DNA of 64,000 bases, from the NCBI RefSeq assembly GCF_964204645.1, contig NC_134033.1, positions 10,238,655-10,302,654 of the forward strand. Direction: 5' to 3'. The notes under the pieces are model-generated. The model was not told the origin of the DNA, made no database searches, and worked only from the letters and a program-made list of their open reading frames with translations. The position numbers and the translations under genes were made by a program. Shown here in pieces: positions 39,959-52,312 of this stretch. Position 1 is the stretch's first letter; every line of letters starts with the position of its first letter. The DNA comes from Tubulanus polymorphus. Taxonomy: Eukaryota; Animalia; Nemertea.

Positions 39959-42900
39959 CTAACTACTGCTATCTCTTCTCTTCCTGTTCGTATCGGAATA
40001 GGACCCGATCAGCGAAAATTCGGGGACTACATCCATATAATGTAGTTCCTCATAAACCCCTCTTTCCAGAACTCCGCCGTTATCAATAGCGGCATATGAT
40101 ACGGGTAAACACTGGCTTCTACCGCGGGTACATTTCTGAGTCACCGGATCATACCAGGTCGTCATGTTCAACTTGGCGATTTTCCACTTAGACCATTTCG
40201 ATTGATGCAAACCATACATGACCTTGGCGCATTGATACATGCGACGGTAAGCGCGACCTTTCCTATCACAATGATAATACTGACACGGGTCGACTTCATC
40301 CGGATACCTGCCTGGTTCTTTTCCATCACACGTAAAAGCGGCTGATAATTGAGTCGAAACAATTAATTAGTTTTAAAAGTATAAATGATAGATATTGCGA
40401 AATTAAATCTTGAAATACGTACGTTTTTCATTGCAGTCCATGTTCAATTTCTGATTTTCCATCAAATCTGCAAATCATAAAGAGAAAATAATATGTTATA
40501 GGTATTAAAGATTATGGTGGCTGATAAGGGCCAAATGCATTAATTTTACACGACCTCGATTATAGAAAAACACAAAACGAAACCTATATAGCAAAAACGA
40601 AAACTTCGTTTTTGCTGCCGCGCAAAAACGAACTTTTCGTTTTTGCGAAAGTTCGATAGTTCGTTTTTGTGCCCAAGCAAAAACGAATATTTTCGTCTTT
40701 GCTCTATAGCATTAGGAAAAGTTCGTTTTTGCGCGGAAGCAAAAACGAAGTTTTTGTTTTTGCTCTATAGGTTTCGTTTTGCGTTTTTCTATAATCGAGG
40801 TCGTGTAAAAATTAATGCATTTGGCCCTTATTAGCCACCATAAAAGACTACCCTTTCTATCTGTTCGTTCCCCGCCAACTACCTCATCTTCTTCCCCTTC
40901 CTCTCCCTCCTGTCGCCCCTCCCTCCTCTCCCTCTCATTACCCTCAAACTCCCTCGACTCCTTCTCGCTCCCCTCATACAGAGTAACACTCACACTCCAT
41001 CTCCTCTAAGGTAATATTTCTATATCGTTCTCTTCCCGGTTGCCGAACGTGATCGCCCTCATCTTTATCAATTCTGTGGAATTGGCACCGACTGATGTAA
41101 CGGTTTTCACACGGGAATATAGAACGCAGGTAATTGTGAATTTTTGGTAATTCTTTTTTCAACTGAGCTCGATTTGTTACGCTGTTCCCACGGAAATAAT
41201 CACCGAGGTATGCTTGAGTAGAAACCGCCTGAAAACAGTAGCAGCCGTCACGTCAATGTTAGCCATCGGTAACCCGTTGTGGACCTAGTTCCATTATGAT
41301 AATCAAAGTTTAAATTAAGTTTGATTCTAGATTAAAAATCAATTCATGTTTTTATCATTAGGCGGGGATTGTGCCCATCTGTATGTAAGTTTGTGCTGAT
41401 TTGTTTTTATTTGGTGTCCCTTACAAACCCAACACACCTTCCGGGAATGGAACAGCGGGTTTGATTTTGAAATCGGAAATCGAAATCCAGATATACAGTT
41501 GTGTGATCGACGCGATCGAATTAACTGAATTCTTTGTTTAATCGAAATACACAATTGGGAAACTTCGGTTTCGGTTCATTCAAACGATCTTCGAACCAGC
41601 CTGAACCGGCAAGCGACATTTCTCCGACAGATGTTTAAGGGAAATAAATTGCTTCTTGGGGCTACTTAAATGAAAAAGATATGTATGTACATTCTGAAAT
41701 AGAACGTCAGCTGTACAATCTATGAAAGATTGTCGTACAAGTATTATAATTACTTTGACGAAATAAATAATAATGATAATAATAATAACAAATTGGGGTT
41801 GATTTTATGGCTGCCTATTCAATATATCGAAATGGAAATAACTATCAGTCCATTTTTATCAAAGGATGTGAGTTGGAATTTTAATTTTTGCATCAATCTC
41901 AGGGGAATAAACAGTGTACAAGTACTTACAAAAAACTCCTCGGCGTTAGTGAACTCATATCTAAAATCGTGCATCATTGCTCGATTTGCAGCCTCATAAG
42001 TTCTGTACAATTCTATGTTTTCCAGTTCAAGTTTGTACTCGAGGAAACCATGCATACCGAGTCTACGCACACCGTGCGCGAACTCATGCATAGCCACATC
42101 TTCAATGTGACACCTATAAAAGGAAAACAAACTCAACTATTTATTTTTGGTCGATCGATGCGCTCGCCCCAAACGGGACCCGGAACACAGTTCTGCATCA
42201 TTAGATTATTATTTAATATTAGAATTAGTATTTAGCATTAAATAAGCATCACCCTGTTTCTTGGCATCGTTTCTCGATAATTACCCATACGACTGATCTC
42301 CTAAACCTGCCACGTTGTTCTCCCAGACGAAGGTGAATGGTGTGTGAGGTGTCGGTCCGAGTCCGCCTTTAAACAGTCGACCATCAGAATAGCTCGAATA
42401 TTGAGGGGAACTATTGATACTTTCTTCCATCGCTAACACAACGAAACGACCGTGGTTTTTATAGTAATTACGGCGGATGTCTTTACGATCTGCCAACATG
42501 AATCGAGCCAAGTAGCACGCCCTTCTCAGAGAGTAATCACGAACTTTACTTGAAGCTGAAACAAAAATGAAACAACTATCAACAAAGTCCTTAGTCTCAC
42601 AGTTTCTAATTCTCCCGGAATTAAGAATTCTGGAGATTGCTATGAATAGGATTGATCTGATACTGTTATAATCATCAGAGAATGATAGCTGGTATTGTTT
42701 GTGAACAGGATTCATTACACCTGACTGGTCAACAGTCACTACTCTGACCAGACGAAGCTAAAAACCTCGTCATTCTACTAGTATGTTCAGCTTGCGTTCT
42801 GGAGGTCTCAAGTTCGAGTCCCGGTGACCACTATGCTATGCTATGGGATGAATTACGACCTTAGGTTACTGTTATCTGTTTCCTGATTTTCTAGTGTCTG

Positions 42901-45812
42901 GTGCAATAGATTTTTTGTTGAATGATTGCAAAATTTTGTTACTTACCAATAACGGGAATGTTATAAGCGTGAAGAAACTTCTGATAGAAATCACCAATTT
43001 TAGCGAATGTAAGCTCACGGTATTCAGCTGGTACCGACTTGATATTCGTACATTCTGAGTCGTCGGTTGGTTCTCCTATTCGAACTGTAAATATTCATTC
43101 ATTAAATATCACAACATATAAAAGGAATTGCACGAGTCTCACAAATAACTAAAATGTGAGTTAATATGTAGTTCTGCTTTTGGTAATCCATCAAATCATT
43201 TCGATGAGTAAGTAAAATTTTCACAAAATTAATGAGTAAGGAAATGCATTAACGATGTAATAATATCAAATAAGGGACAACAGTTAGCTTATACAAGAAA
43301 GCAGCCCTAGAAAAGAGGAAAAAATATACACAAGATGAAAATGTATGAAAAAATCTTAATGTAACATTATTTTTTTGGGGGGTTGGGGTTATTGATATGT
43401 TCTACAAGCTTTGCTTTGCCTTCCCCTCTTATAAATGATGTAAATCTATCCTTGAGTGGTACAATAACATCATTATCTATGTATTGTATACTATTTGTTA
43501 TAAATGCTATAATTTTCAGAAAAAAAAAACAATAATAATAAAATGATGATAAATTTGCTTTGTTAATGAATTCAACTCACGTTCAGAGTTTTCTATTGCT
43601 GAAACATCTTTACAGGCACCACACGCTCGTTTACAAACTTTCCACATAAACTCCGGATAATTGGTGCACTTTCCATCTTTCGCCCATTTTCCACAGTTCG
43701 AAGATAGATTTTTGCATAATCCCTTTTTATCGAATGGTCCGAGACTTTTATCTGAAAATTTCATTGTATCCGCTCAGTTGTTTGAATCTTTTTCAATCTA
43801 TCAAGTATTTCCATTACTCGGTGAATTAACCATTTATCTGATGAGAATGACACCCGAAACAAAACCAGTGAAACACGATGATGCAACGCAATTCGTTATG
43901 AATATCCCCAACAAAAGGGCTGCTAGAAAATGGTCTAAATGCGCTTTATTGGTTTTTACGGTTTTGAGAATCAAATGAGCATGACTCTGATAATTTCAGA
44001 TAGGAATGAATCTAAACCTACAGTATTCGATTTCCGCTGGCGTACAGATATTACACGATACTTTGCAGGTGTTTCTGAAGGACTTGCTTTTATTGCATTC
44101 ACCATGCTCGGCGTAGTTTTCACAGTGAGATCCGTCATCGATACAAACTGGATCTAATCATAAATTGTTACATATGAAAAAAAATTGATGAAATCGAAAT
44201 TCGATCAGTGATTTTAAGATAAGTGTTTAGCTTTCGCAGATTTCATGTTAAGATATAGACAAAATGCACCATTTTGAAGTCACTTTAAGGCTAAACAATG
44301 ATACCTTGTTTCTCCGCTCTGCTGGGCCTAAAAATTTATCCGGCGGCCCCCTATCTACCCTGTACATTACTTTTTTTAAATCGTGATCATTTACCATAAC
44401 AGACCTGGCCGCTCTAGAAATGTACCGATAACAAATTGTTTCATATTTTACAAAAATGATCCGGCCGCTGTGGAGAAACAAGATATCATATTTGTTTTGC
44501 CTTAGAAGCCAAGTTTATTTTGGTATTTTCCGGAATAATTCAAAACAGTAAACAAATATGTGGCCGTCCACCAGAGCTCTAAACAGCTCTTACCCGATGC
44601 TCTCCGATGTCGATGTATCGCAGCCGCTTCTTCTATCTAAATGTGATTGAAATGAATATAATAATCCATTCATTTGCGTTTACATAAGATTAGTTATTCA
44701 TTTACTTAAGTTGTTCGTGATTGGTTTTTGCAGTGTAAGGTTGGTATAGACCTGGATGCTTGCTGGGGATGGAATGTGAAAATACAATCAAAACTCACGC
44801 ATGGCTATGCACTACCGTATTTTTGAATGGCCCTGGAAATGGACTCGAGCCGAAACAATTAAGATCACGGTACCGATTATTTCATTGTGTAAGTTAATTA
44901 AAAGATCAGGCCTTTTGGGACATTGATCTAAGATCACCAAATCACCGGCGGATCCCTGTGATTTTTTCTCTGTATAATTGTAAAAACCAAGGTATTAATA
45001 AAACCACTAGCACGAATCGAGGGCTTTAGTGTTCGGAAAGTAACTGATTTTGAGATAAACTGAATGTGTCAAAAGTCTGCGTGGAAAGAAAGTGCGACAT
45101 GGAGCTTAACAGTGCATTGGTAAAAATGGTTACGTTATGGAACAAGCCTCCGAGCAGCTTAACTAGTAAATGGTCTAACAATTCTATTAAGGAGAAATTT
45201 TGCATGTCGACAGCCGATCATTTATGAATAAACGTACACAATGGAACAATCCTCGTCTCTTGTTTTTGGTACCACTCCATTTTCATAGCCATTCGAAGAT
45301 ACGGTGGTACACAGCCATGCGTGACTTATGTTTGCATTTCAACATTCCACCCCACAATATACAGGTCTACTACCGCCCCCCCCCCCCCAAAATGATCACT
45401 TTCATAGGTGATGAATGATTGATCAAATAGAACATTTAACACATTTTATGAGTCACACTTCTGTGTAGGCTAGAGCCGAAAAAATAAAAACAATAATCAA
45501 CATTTCGAATCGTAGCAAAAATAAAACCTTTTATATAAAATACTGTTTGAATCGTCGTAGTTCGGACATGATTCATGTTTTAGACTTTACACTTACGTGG
45601 TAAATTGGATTAGAAATGATTTACACATCGAGACTCAAAAGTAGAGTGTGACGAATTAACTAGACTTAAACGAGAGTTTGACTGTAATTGATAATAAAAA
45701 GTTTAAAACTACGTACCTTTAGATCTTCACCGTCGAAATCAGGAAAATTCTCTGCTGTCATGAGACTGAACAGGCAGGAACAAATTACAAAGACAATCAC
45801 TGCACGATGCAT
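39959..45812 (-). CDS. Secreted ShK-domain zinc metalloprotease (ATLF/M34-like zincin) with C-terminal chitin-binding type-2 domain, copy B, ~521 aa
   Basis: Exons 45812-45717 (signal peptide MHRAVIVFVICSCLFSLMTA), 44636-44594 (RHRR), 43751-43581 (ShK: CKNLSSNCGKWAKDGKCTNYPEFMWKVCKRACGAC), 43084-42947, 42555-42285, 42113-41930 (HEFAH...YEFTNAEEFF), 41228-40994, 40467-40423, 40341-39959 (CDGKEPGRYPDEVDPCQYYHC...); total 1566 nt, in frame. Confidence 0.87.
40512..40843. mobile_element. Palindromic MITE (PIF/Harbinger-like GGGCCAAATGCA termini) in a copy B intron
   Basis: ~130-bp inverted arms TTATGGTGGCTGATAAGGGCCAAATGCATTAATTTT... / ...AAAATTAATGCATTTGGCCCTTATTAGCCACCATAA with internal GCAAAAACGAA repeats. 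Confidence 0.8.
41400..41618 (+). repeat. Dispersed repeat family, copy 2
   Basis: Aligns with 18395-18515 and with the reverse complement of 51420-51620. Confidence 0.7.
42780..42850 (+). mobile_element. tRNA-derived SINE remnant
   Basis: B-box-like GGAGGTCTCAAGTTCGAGTCCCGG. Confidence 0.35.
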
Positions 45813-46029
45813 TGTGTTCAGTGGTCAACGAAACGTGTAATGAATTCGTTACCGAAATAATTCTATTTTTATCAGGAAATCCTAATCCTTTCATATCCGG
45901 GCAGCCACAATTGAACAAATAAAGTGACAATTTATCAGATTTAAACACGACAGCATTTCAGTTTCAGCTGCAGTGAATTAATCACTGAGGAACTTGAGAA
46001 CCTCGAGGTTCATTCGTGTTCACCTTGAA

Positions 46030-46305
46030 CGAGAAAACAGTGGGCATCGATACAGGACAGAAAAATATGAAGCTCTTATCTCTCGAAAATAGATCCGTAT
46101 TTAATCCGGATGATGAGTGGTCTGTGTTCGATTTTCTATGATTGAATAGATTTCGAGCCAAGTACGCCACGAGAGAAACAGCAGGCCTGGATACAGGACA
46201 GAAAAACATATGGACCTGTTTAATTCATTTAATACATGCCTCGAAAATAGAACTGTATTTAATCCGGCTCCGATGATGATGATCGGGCCTGTGTTTGATT
46301 TTCTA
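46030..46305. repeat. Imperfect ~140-bp tandem duplication just upstream of metalloprotease copy B
   Basis: GATACAGGACAGAAAAA...CTCGAAAATAGA...GTATTTAATCCGG...GATTTTCTA occurs twice. Confidence 0.75.
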
Positions 46306-48670
46306 CGACACAGAACGTTTACAGTTGTTTGTAGAGTCTTTATCTAACACCCCAATCAGGTCCACGCATCTATTTTATTGCACGCGGCAAAGGGCTAACT
46401 GAAGTAAAGTCGCCATTCTACGACTAATACGACGTCCATTATGACGCGTGTGTACCATGCGCGTGATGCCTGTGAATAAGGTCTATATAGACATATTTAA
46501 TTAACTACAGCACCCACTACTGCATGTGAAGGACGTGGCAAAAATATTGAACCATACCAAATGACCTTAGAATTATGATCTAAAACGAAAACAAAACAAA
46601 AACAAGAGCCCCAGGGGCATTATGGCCAGCCTCTCGGCTTTTCAATTTCAATTTATTTCACAGAAAAGCAGAATATTAAGATTAGAAAAAAGTTAAACAA
46701 TTGAAAAAAGAGAGGAAAAATTTACAAATATTTTCATAAATGGCAGATGATGTATTTTGCGGGTTAATTTGTCAATATACACTCCCCGCCCATAGTCAAT
46801 ATAATTTCACTGATTTGAATGCGGAATAGAATGTGAGTTGGATTTTCTGTAATGTTTAATAAAATAAAATTGAATTGGATTTGATTTGATTTGATGTTTT
46901 TTGAAGTGGATTAATTTGATATTTTTTGGAGAATAAAATTTGATTGAATTTGCAATTTGAGCACATGGCTATAACTGGTATATCAAGGACTTCCATCCGA
47001 TTTGAGAAAAGGTTATTTTCCCGGACATTGGATAATTCTCAATGATTTTAACTGTAGTGCAAATAAGAATATTCCAAATCAGCTGACACGGAGATCGATA
47101 TTGAAATAAAATTTTAAATCTTAAAATAAAACCCGGAAGTAAAACGGTAGACGATACCGCGGGTTCACGTGCACACCTGCAGATCTCTGCGGCTAAGCCA
47201 ATCATAGAGCAGTCTTTGCTTTCTGATTGGCTTTTTTAAAACCGATATTGCGTTCAGATTTTCGCGAAAATGCTCGTACAAATTTCAACGAGGCCCCTTT
47301 TCAAAATTCAGCTCCCTAGGATTTGGAGAATGAATATAATGCTTTAATGAACGATGTTGCACAGTCAAATGGCCATTCCTCTAGAAACCATGTCATCTAA
47401 ATTCACTGCATTTGTATAGTAAGGCCCAAAAAATGATGCCTTGTTTCTCATTTTCAAAATCCCTGAAAATGACACTGCAGGCAGGTGTTTATCTTTATTT
47501 TTTAAACATCAATTCATGGAAATCTGGACCAGGCAGGCAAAATTTGTATTTTTAATGAAAATATTTGGAAGCAATCCATCCTTGTTTTAGCTAGTTGGCC
47601 TACGTAGCCAGCTTTCACAAGTAAAATGTGTCATAAAGAGGTTTGCGGGCATGCACTCATACCAGAACCGGGAAATCATTACTAGGCCTATGTGTATTCC
47701 CGCTGAATGACATTGGTGATTGTCAAAAACAATTAAACGTCTTTTAATCTTCAACATGCCTTAAATATCTTGGCTGATTGACGGATGACCAAGGCAGACA
47801 GACATTTGGTGCCTGTGTCCAATTTCACACACACAACAACTGTGAACGCCACATTTGATATAATTTGTCTACGAATTTATCCCACACAAAACAATTGTTT
47901 TATACTCGTCACTGCTCAACGACCGTGAGATAATTCATATCTCAACTTTGGAATAACCTTCAGACAAGAAAATATAATCTCAAATTATTTGTTTTTATCT
48001 AAACGCTCATAAATTTCACATTACAACGACTCGATAAAATTCATTCTTAACATTGTCAAACGGTAGCGGATTAAGAAATTCATAATTTAGGTGTTTCTAA
48101 AACTGGCCCAATTTAAAGCAAAATGTTCGATTTTGATGAACCATTTATTGCGTGAAATGTTCACATTGTTGAATTGATAATCCATCCAACTCAGTTACAT
48201 TTTCTAATTCATATTATAAGGGGCAGATTTGGAGGAGGTCCTACCCCAAGAAATCCTAAGTGTGACCAAGGAATATAAAACAAAAACGTGTTATTTCCTC
48301 ATGCATAATGATGAAGATACAATGGTATTGTGATTTTGGTTGTGGTATTGTGTTTTTTTTCAATTATTACCATGGATTTCATTATTCAACTTCGTGGAAA
48401 TCCTTTTTCAATTTCTTCTCAAAATTTCAAAACATTTCTTTTGTCGAGTACCCCCTCACAGTCGACGGCCATAATGTCGTAATACGTAATGCATCGTCCT
48501 TACAGTAACATTTCCTATGGTGCCCTTTATTTACTTTCCTAGACCCCCACCCCTACAAAAGTCCTTGATCCGCCCCTGACATTTATAAATATGAATTAGA
48601 TCCACGGTTCCTAGATGGATATGATACGTATGGATAGTGATTTTCTGTACTTTCGTTCTTGTCGATTTCA

Positions 48671-51600
48671 TTAAAACCAAATTTCTACCGTAAGGTTATC
48701 TATCACGCCTGGAGGTGCATGTGTTATAACTCTGAACTTTGGTTTAACCTTCTCTTCAAACAACGATGCCTCGATGTTTAGAGGGTTTGATATGCGCGTA
48801 TCGTTGATGTACATATCTCCGTTTGTGCATCTCACTGAAACCCATTTCAATTCGCTGAAAACATTTCTATCGATTCGAAACATCAATGAGTGTTTCGCTG
48901 GAAATTTGGTACACACAACTTTATCCATTCGGTGAATGAATATAGGATATCTATCTATGTTAAACGTTCTCTCACCACTTCCACGGGCAAAATAAGAAAT
49001 CGAGTAGTTTTTTATATCAATTGCATCCTTTTCGTACCCGAAATACAAAGACGGATTTCTTTTCGGAAAGGTTACAGCTTGGCTGTCGTTGACCCCTTCG
49101 ACAAGTATTATTTCCACCTTTCCTCGTCCAAATTCGTAGATTGTCATATTGGCTCCCTCCCCGAGGACGATTCCGCGTTCAGTATCAACTTTTTCAAAAT
49201 CGAAGAAATAACGTAGTTTGCCCAATTTTGGTTTCACGACTGCAACAGCTGAAAATGAAAGCGTATAGTGTCGCTTTGAAGGCATGCTATTAAAGTGTGT
49301 TCGTGGCATTCATTTCCCAGGTTTGTGGGTTCGAATCCTGCATCGGTTTGGCAAACAGTCATTTGTCATTTGAGTCTATTTTCATTAGATAGTCGAGATT
49401 ACTGGAACTGAGGGTAGGCAATGAACCTACCTGTTGTAACAGCGATGGTTCTAGTAATGGTACTGGTGCCGCTGTTGTTGCTACTGCTGTCGGTTCGTCC
49501 ATCATTACTTTTCTGAAACAAACATGAATAAGAACGTATTTATTTGGCAAATTATTGCGCGCATTCACCTCGGTAACATGAACGTATAATTGTTCTCAAG
49601 GGACCAAATCGAAATTGACAGTGATAATAATCAAACCCATTATTTGCAAATTTTGAAGATAACGAAGATTGAGAAGACAGGAAGATATTTTCTCAGTGAG
49701 TTCCGGGAACTCATTCTGACTCGGAATGTCAAAATCGAAGCGTCCCAGTGCTCACTGCTCACTGCATTATTTGAGTCTGCTCGAGTCTTGACCTAAACCT
49801 GAATGAAGGCATTTTTAACCAAGGGTCTAAAGCTCCAATCAAGTTGAAAATTATTTCAAACAATGATGCAAAAATCTGACTCAATATATGCTATATCAAA
49901 ATCAAAAACAGGTTTGTTTTCATTAATCATCGGAAGGTAAGAACCACATACAGTGTAACGTAATAGGTTGCAAATATTCACATGAATGTTTCCGATATTT
50001 TGATATATTAAACAAAACCCATAAAGGATGAAGATACGTTATTCACAAATGGCACTCCAGACCCTCACTTGAGAATGATTACTCTGTTTTGGATAATTCT
50101 ACCCTACTTTACTACGCCGCGGGCCACTTGGTGTCCGGTGTGGATTCTTTTTTCAACGATTGTGATAACCGTTGGGGAACTTGAGGATTTACGTTTTCCA
50201 GCCATCTGGTCAGCTAACCGCTGCCAATGAAGCTTACGTTCCCTGTACGTCTTATTGTATCTTTGAGCGTTTAGATGAATTCAGCCCGACAGGGCTAGCA
50301 CGTATGAAATCTTGCCTTTTTAAATTTGCTTTTTTAATATAATGTTTAACTTTCATCTTTTGGTATGAGTTTGGGTTTTTGGATGTTTATGTTGGGCTTG
50401 TCTCTGCCGAGTTTTTAGTGACGTTGCTTGGGTGGTCCCAGTTTTTTCCCATATCTAGCTCTTTAGTATGTCCGCACAACAGAGTGTGAGAATATTATAG
50501 CATTATCACTTCGGGGCGCTACGAACAGATGGATGAAATCGGTTTGGCTTTGGTTTAGATACGTCCATGGTCTGATTGTCGCACGCTGGGGCTCACGCCA
50601 ATACAAACCCTGGCCGCAAAATCTTCATTGGTCTATGACATCGACCAAGATTTCTTGGGCGGACGGGTTCCCGATCGGCGTCACCAGTCTATATATCTAG
50701 CCAACGTGGTATTTTGTAGAGGCAAACGTCGTGCCGGTAAAAACGCCTTGATTGGTTCGACATATAAACTCGTGGGCGCTGAGCGAGGACCCGTACGACT
50801 AGATTTATATAATTGAGCAAACTGTGAAATATGAACTATCATCATGCATTATGCAATTTTACAGGATATTTCGCGCATCATTCTGCTTATACTTACTAGC
50901 TTAAATCAATATGCATGTTTCATACTTTCAGATAATAGCATTGTTTAAAGATTAAAGATGATTATGAATTGCGCTGCAGGCTTTTAAACAAAAAAGCAGA
51001 ACGCAGGGATAAAACAGTGGTACGAATATTGAGTTATTAGAAACCTTGAAAAAGACATTTCTCCTGATGATATTATTCTTTTACAGAAGAAAGAAAATAT
51101 GTTGAAATGTTGCAATGATTAGAATTAAGATGTAAGATCCAATTCATTCGGATACCCCAGGGCCATACTCTCATCTGGAAAATTTTCGTTTTGAAATGTG
51201 CTTTCTTCCTATCTAGTCAACACGCGGGATCATCAACTTAGAGGACTTCTACATCAACATCTACCCGAGAAAAAACCCAATAAACTATCGAACTATTTAC
51301 ACGTAGAAAACGACCAAAAAGATATAAAAATGGACAAAATGATGTTTAACCTTGTCATATAGCTATTTCCAGAATCTCAATGTATTAAATTAGGCAGCCA
51401 GAAAAATTCATCCCAATCAGTCGCTTGCCGGTTCAGACTGAATGGAAGATTGTTTGGATGAACCAGAACCGGATTTCCAATTATGTACTTCGATTTAAAA
51501 ATATTCTGTTAACTCGACCGCTGATCACACAACTATATCTGTACTTCGACTTCCGATTTCAAAATCAAACCCCCTGTTTCGCTCCCGGCAGGTGTGGTGG

Positions 51601-52312
51601 GTCTGTAAGGGACACTCAATCGAAAATTCAAACGAAATTTACCAACCAATTGAATAAATAACGGGGACAATCCCTATTTCAAAATTAAAAAAAAGATCCA
51701 AATCATTGGGATTCTTCAAATGAAAACGGCTTCCAAAAATTCATTTGACTACACCAATTCGTTTCAGAGTAGTGCAGTACTTTTGATGCCAAGGCTTTGT
51801 GTAGCGGATCAAATCAAGCGCAATCGCATATATTCGCTCAGATCTTAACAGGAACTGAACTACCGGCGAAATAAAATAGGGTTGTTTACCGATATAGTCA
51901 GACCCGCATAATACCAAGTTTCCTGTTGGACTTCACAGCACTGATAGTGAGTCCAGGAAAAATTCACTCTCAAAAAATATTTGAATGAACCTACCTTATA
52001 GTACTTGGTTTTGCCGTTGGTGGTGTTGCACGCGTTGTCAATTTTGACGTCATACAGGTAATAATGCACTCTGTTGGACGACATGGCCGAACATTTCTGA
52101 TCATTCATACAATCCCGGGCGTTCTCGATGACGCTACGAACATTTGCGATGACGCGGTTTGTTTTCGCCCAGTTTCGTGAGTTATCTCCGCTGTGTTTGT
52201 CGCCTATCGAACATTCTGGCAGTCTAGTGAATTTCTGAAAGCGGAACTCGGCAAAAACCTCGGACGCGACGAGACAGAAAACACCGGCCAGTAAAATGTT
52301 GATTGAGTTCAT
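48671..52312 (-). CDS. Secreted protein: signal peptide + PAN/apple-like domain + Ser/Thr linker + degenerate LamG/concanavalin-like domain, ~325 aa
   Basis: Proposed exons 52312-51995 (MNSINILLAGVFCLVASEVFA...ENARDCMNDQKCSAM...YLY; phase 0), 49512-49431 (KSNDGRTDSSSNNSGTSTITRT), 49248-48671 (LRYFFDFE...QAVTF...YSISYF...WVSV...MYIND...GVIDNL); 978 nt, in frame. Joining the exons is inferred. Confidence 0.62.
51420..51683 (-). repeat. Dispersed repeat family, copy 3 (longest)
   Basis: Reverse complement matches 18395-18515 and 41400-41618. Confidence 0.75.

Noticed and set aside
33617-45812. Bacterial contamination as the source of the bacterial-like proteases
   Set aside because: The genes have 7-8 spliceosomal introns, animal ShK/CBM14 modules and host repeats in their introns
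49569-49640. Minus-strand ATG...TGA...GAG|GTGAAT as a selenocysteine-containing first exon
   Set aside because: No SECIS or redox motif seen; the signal-peptide exon at 52312-51995 explains the gene better
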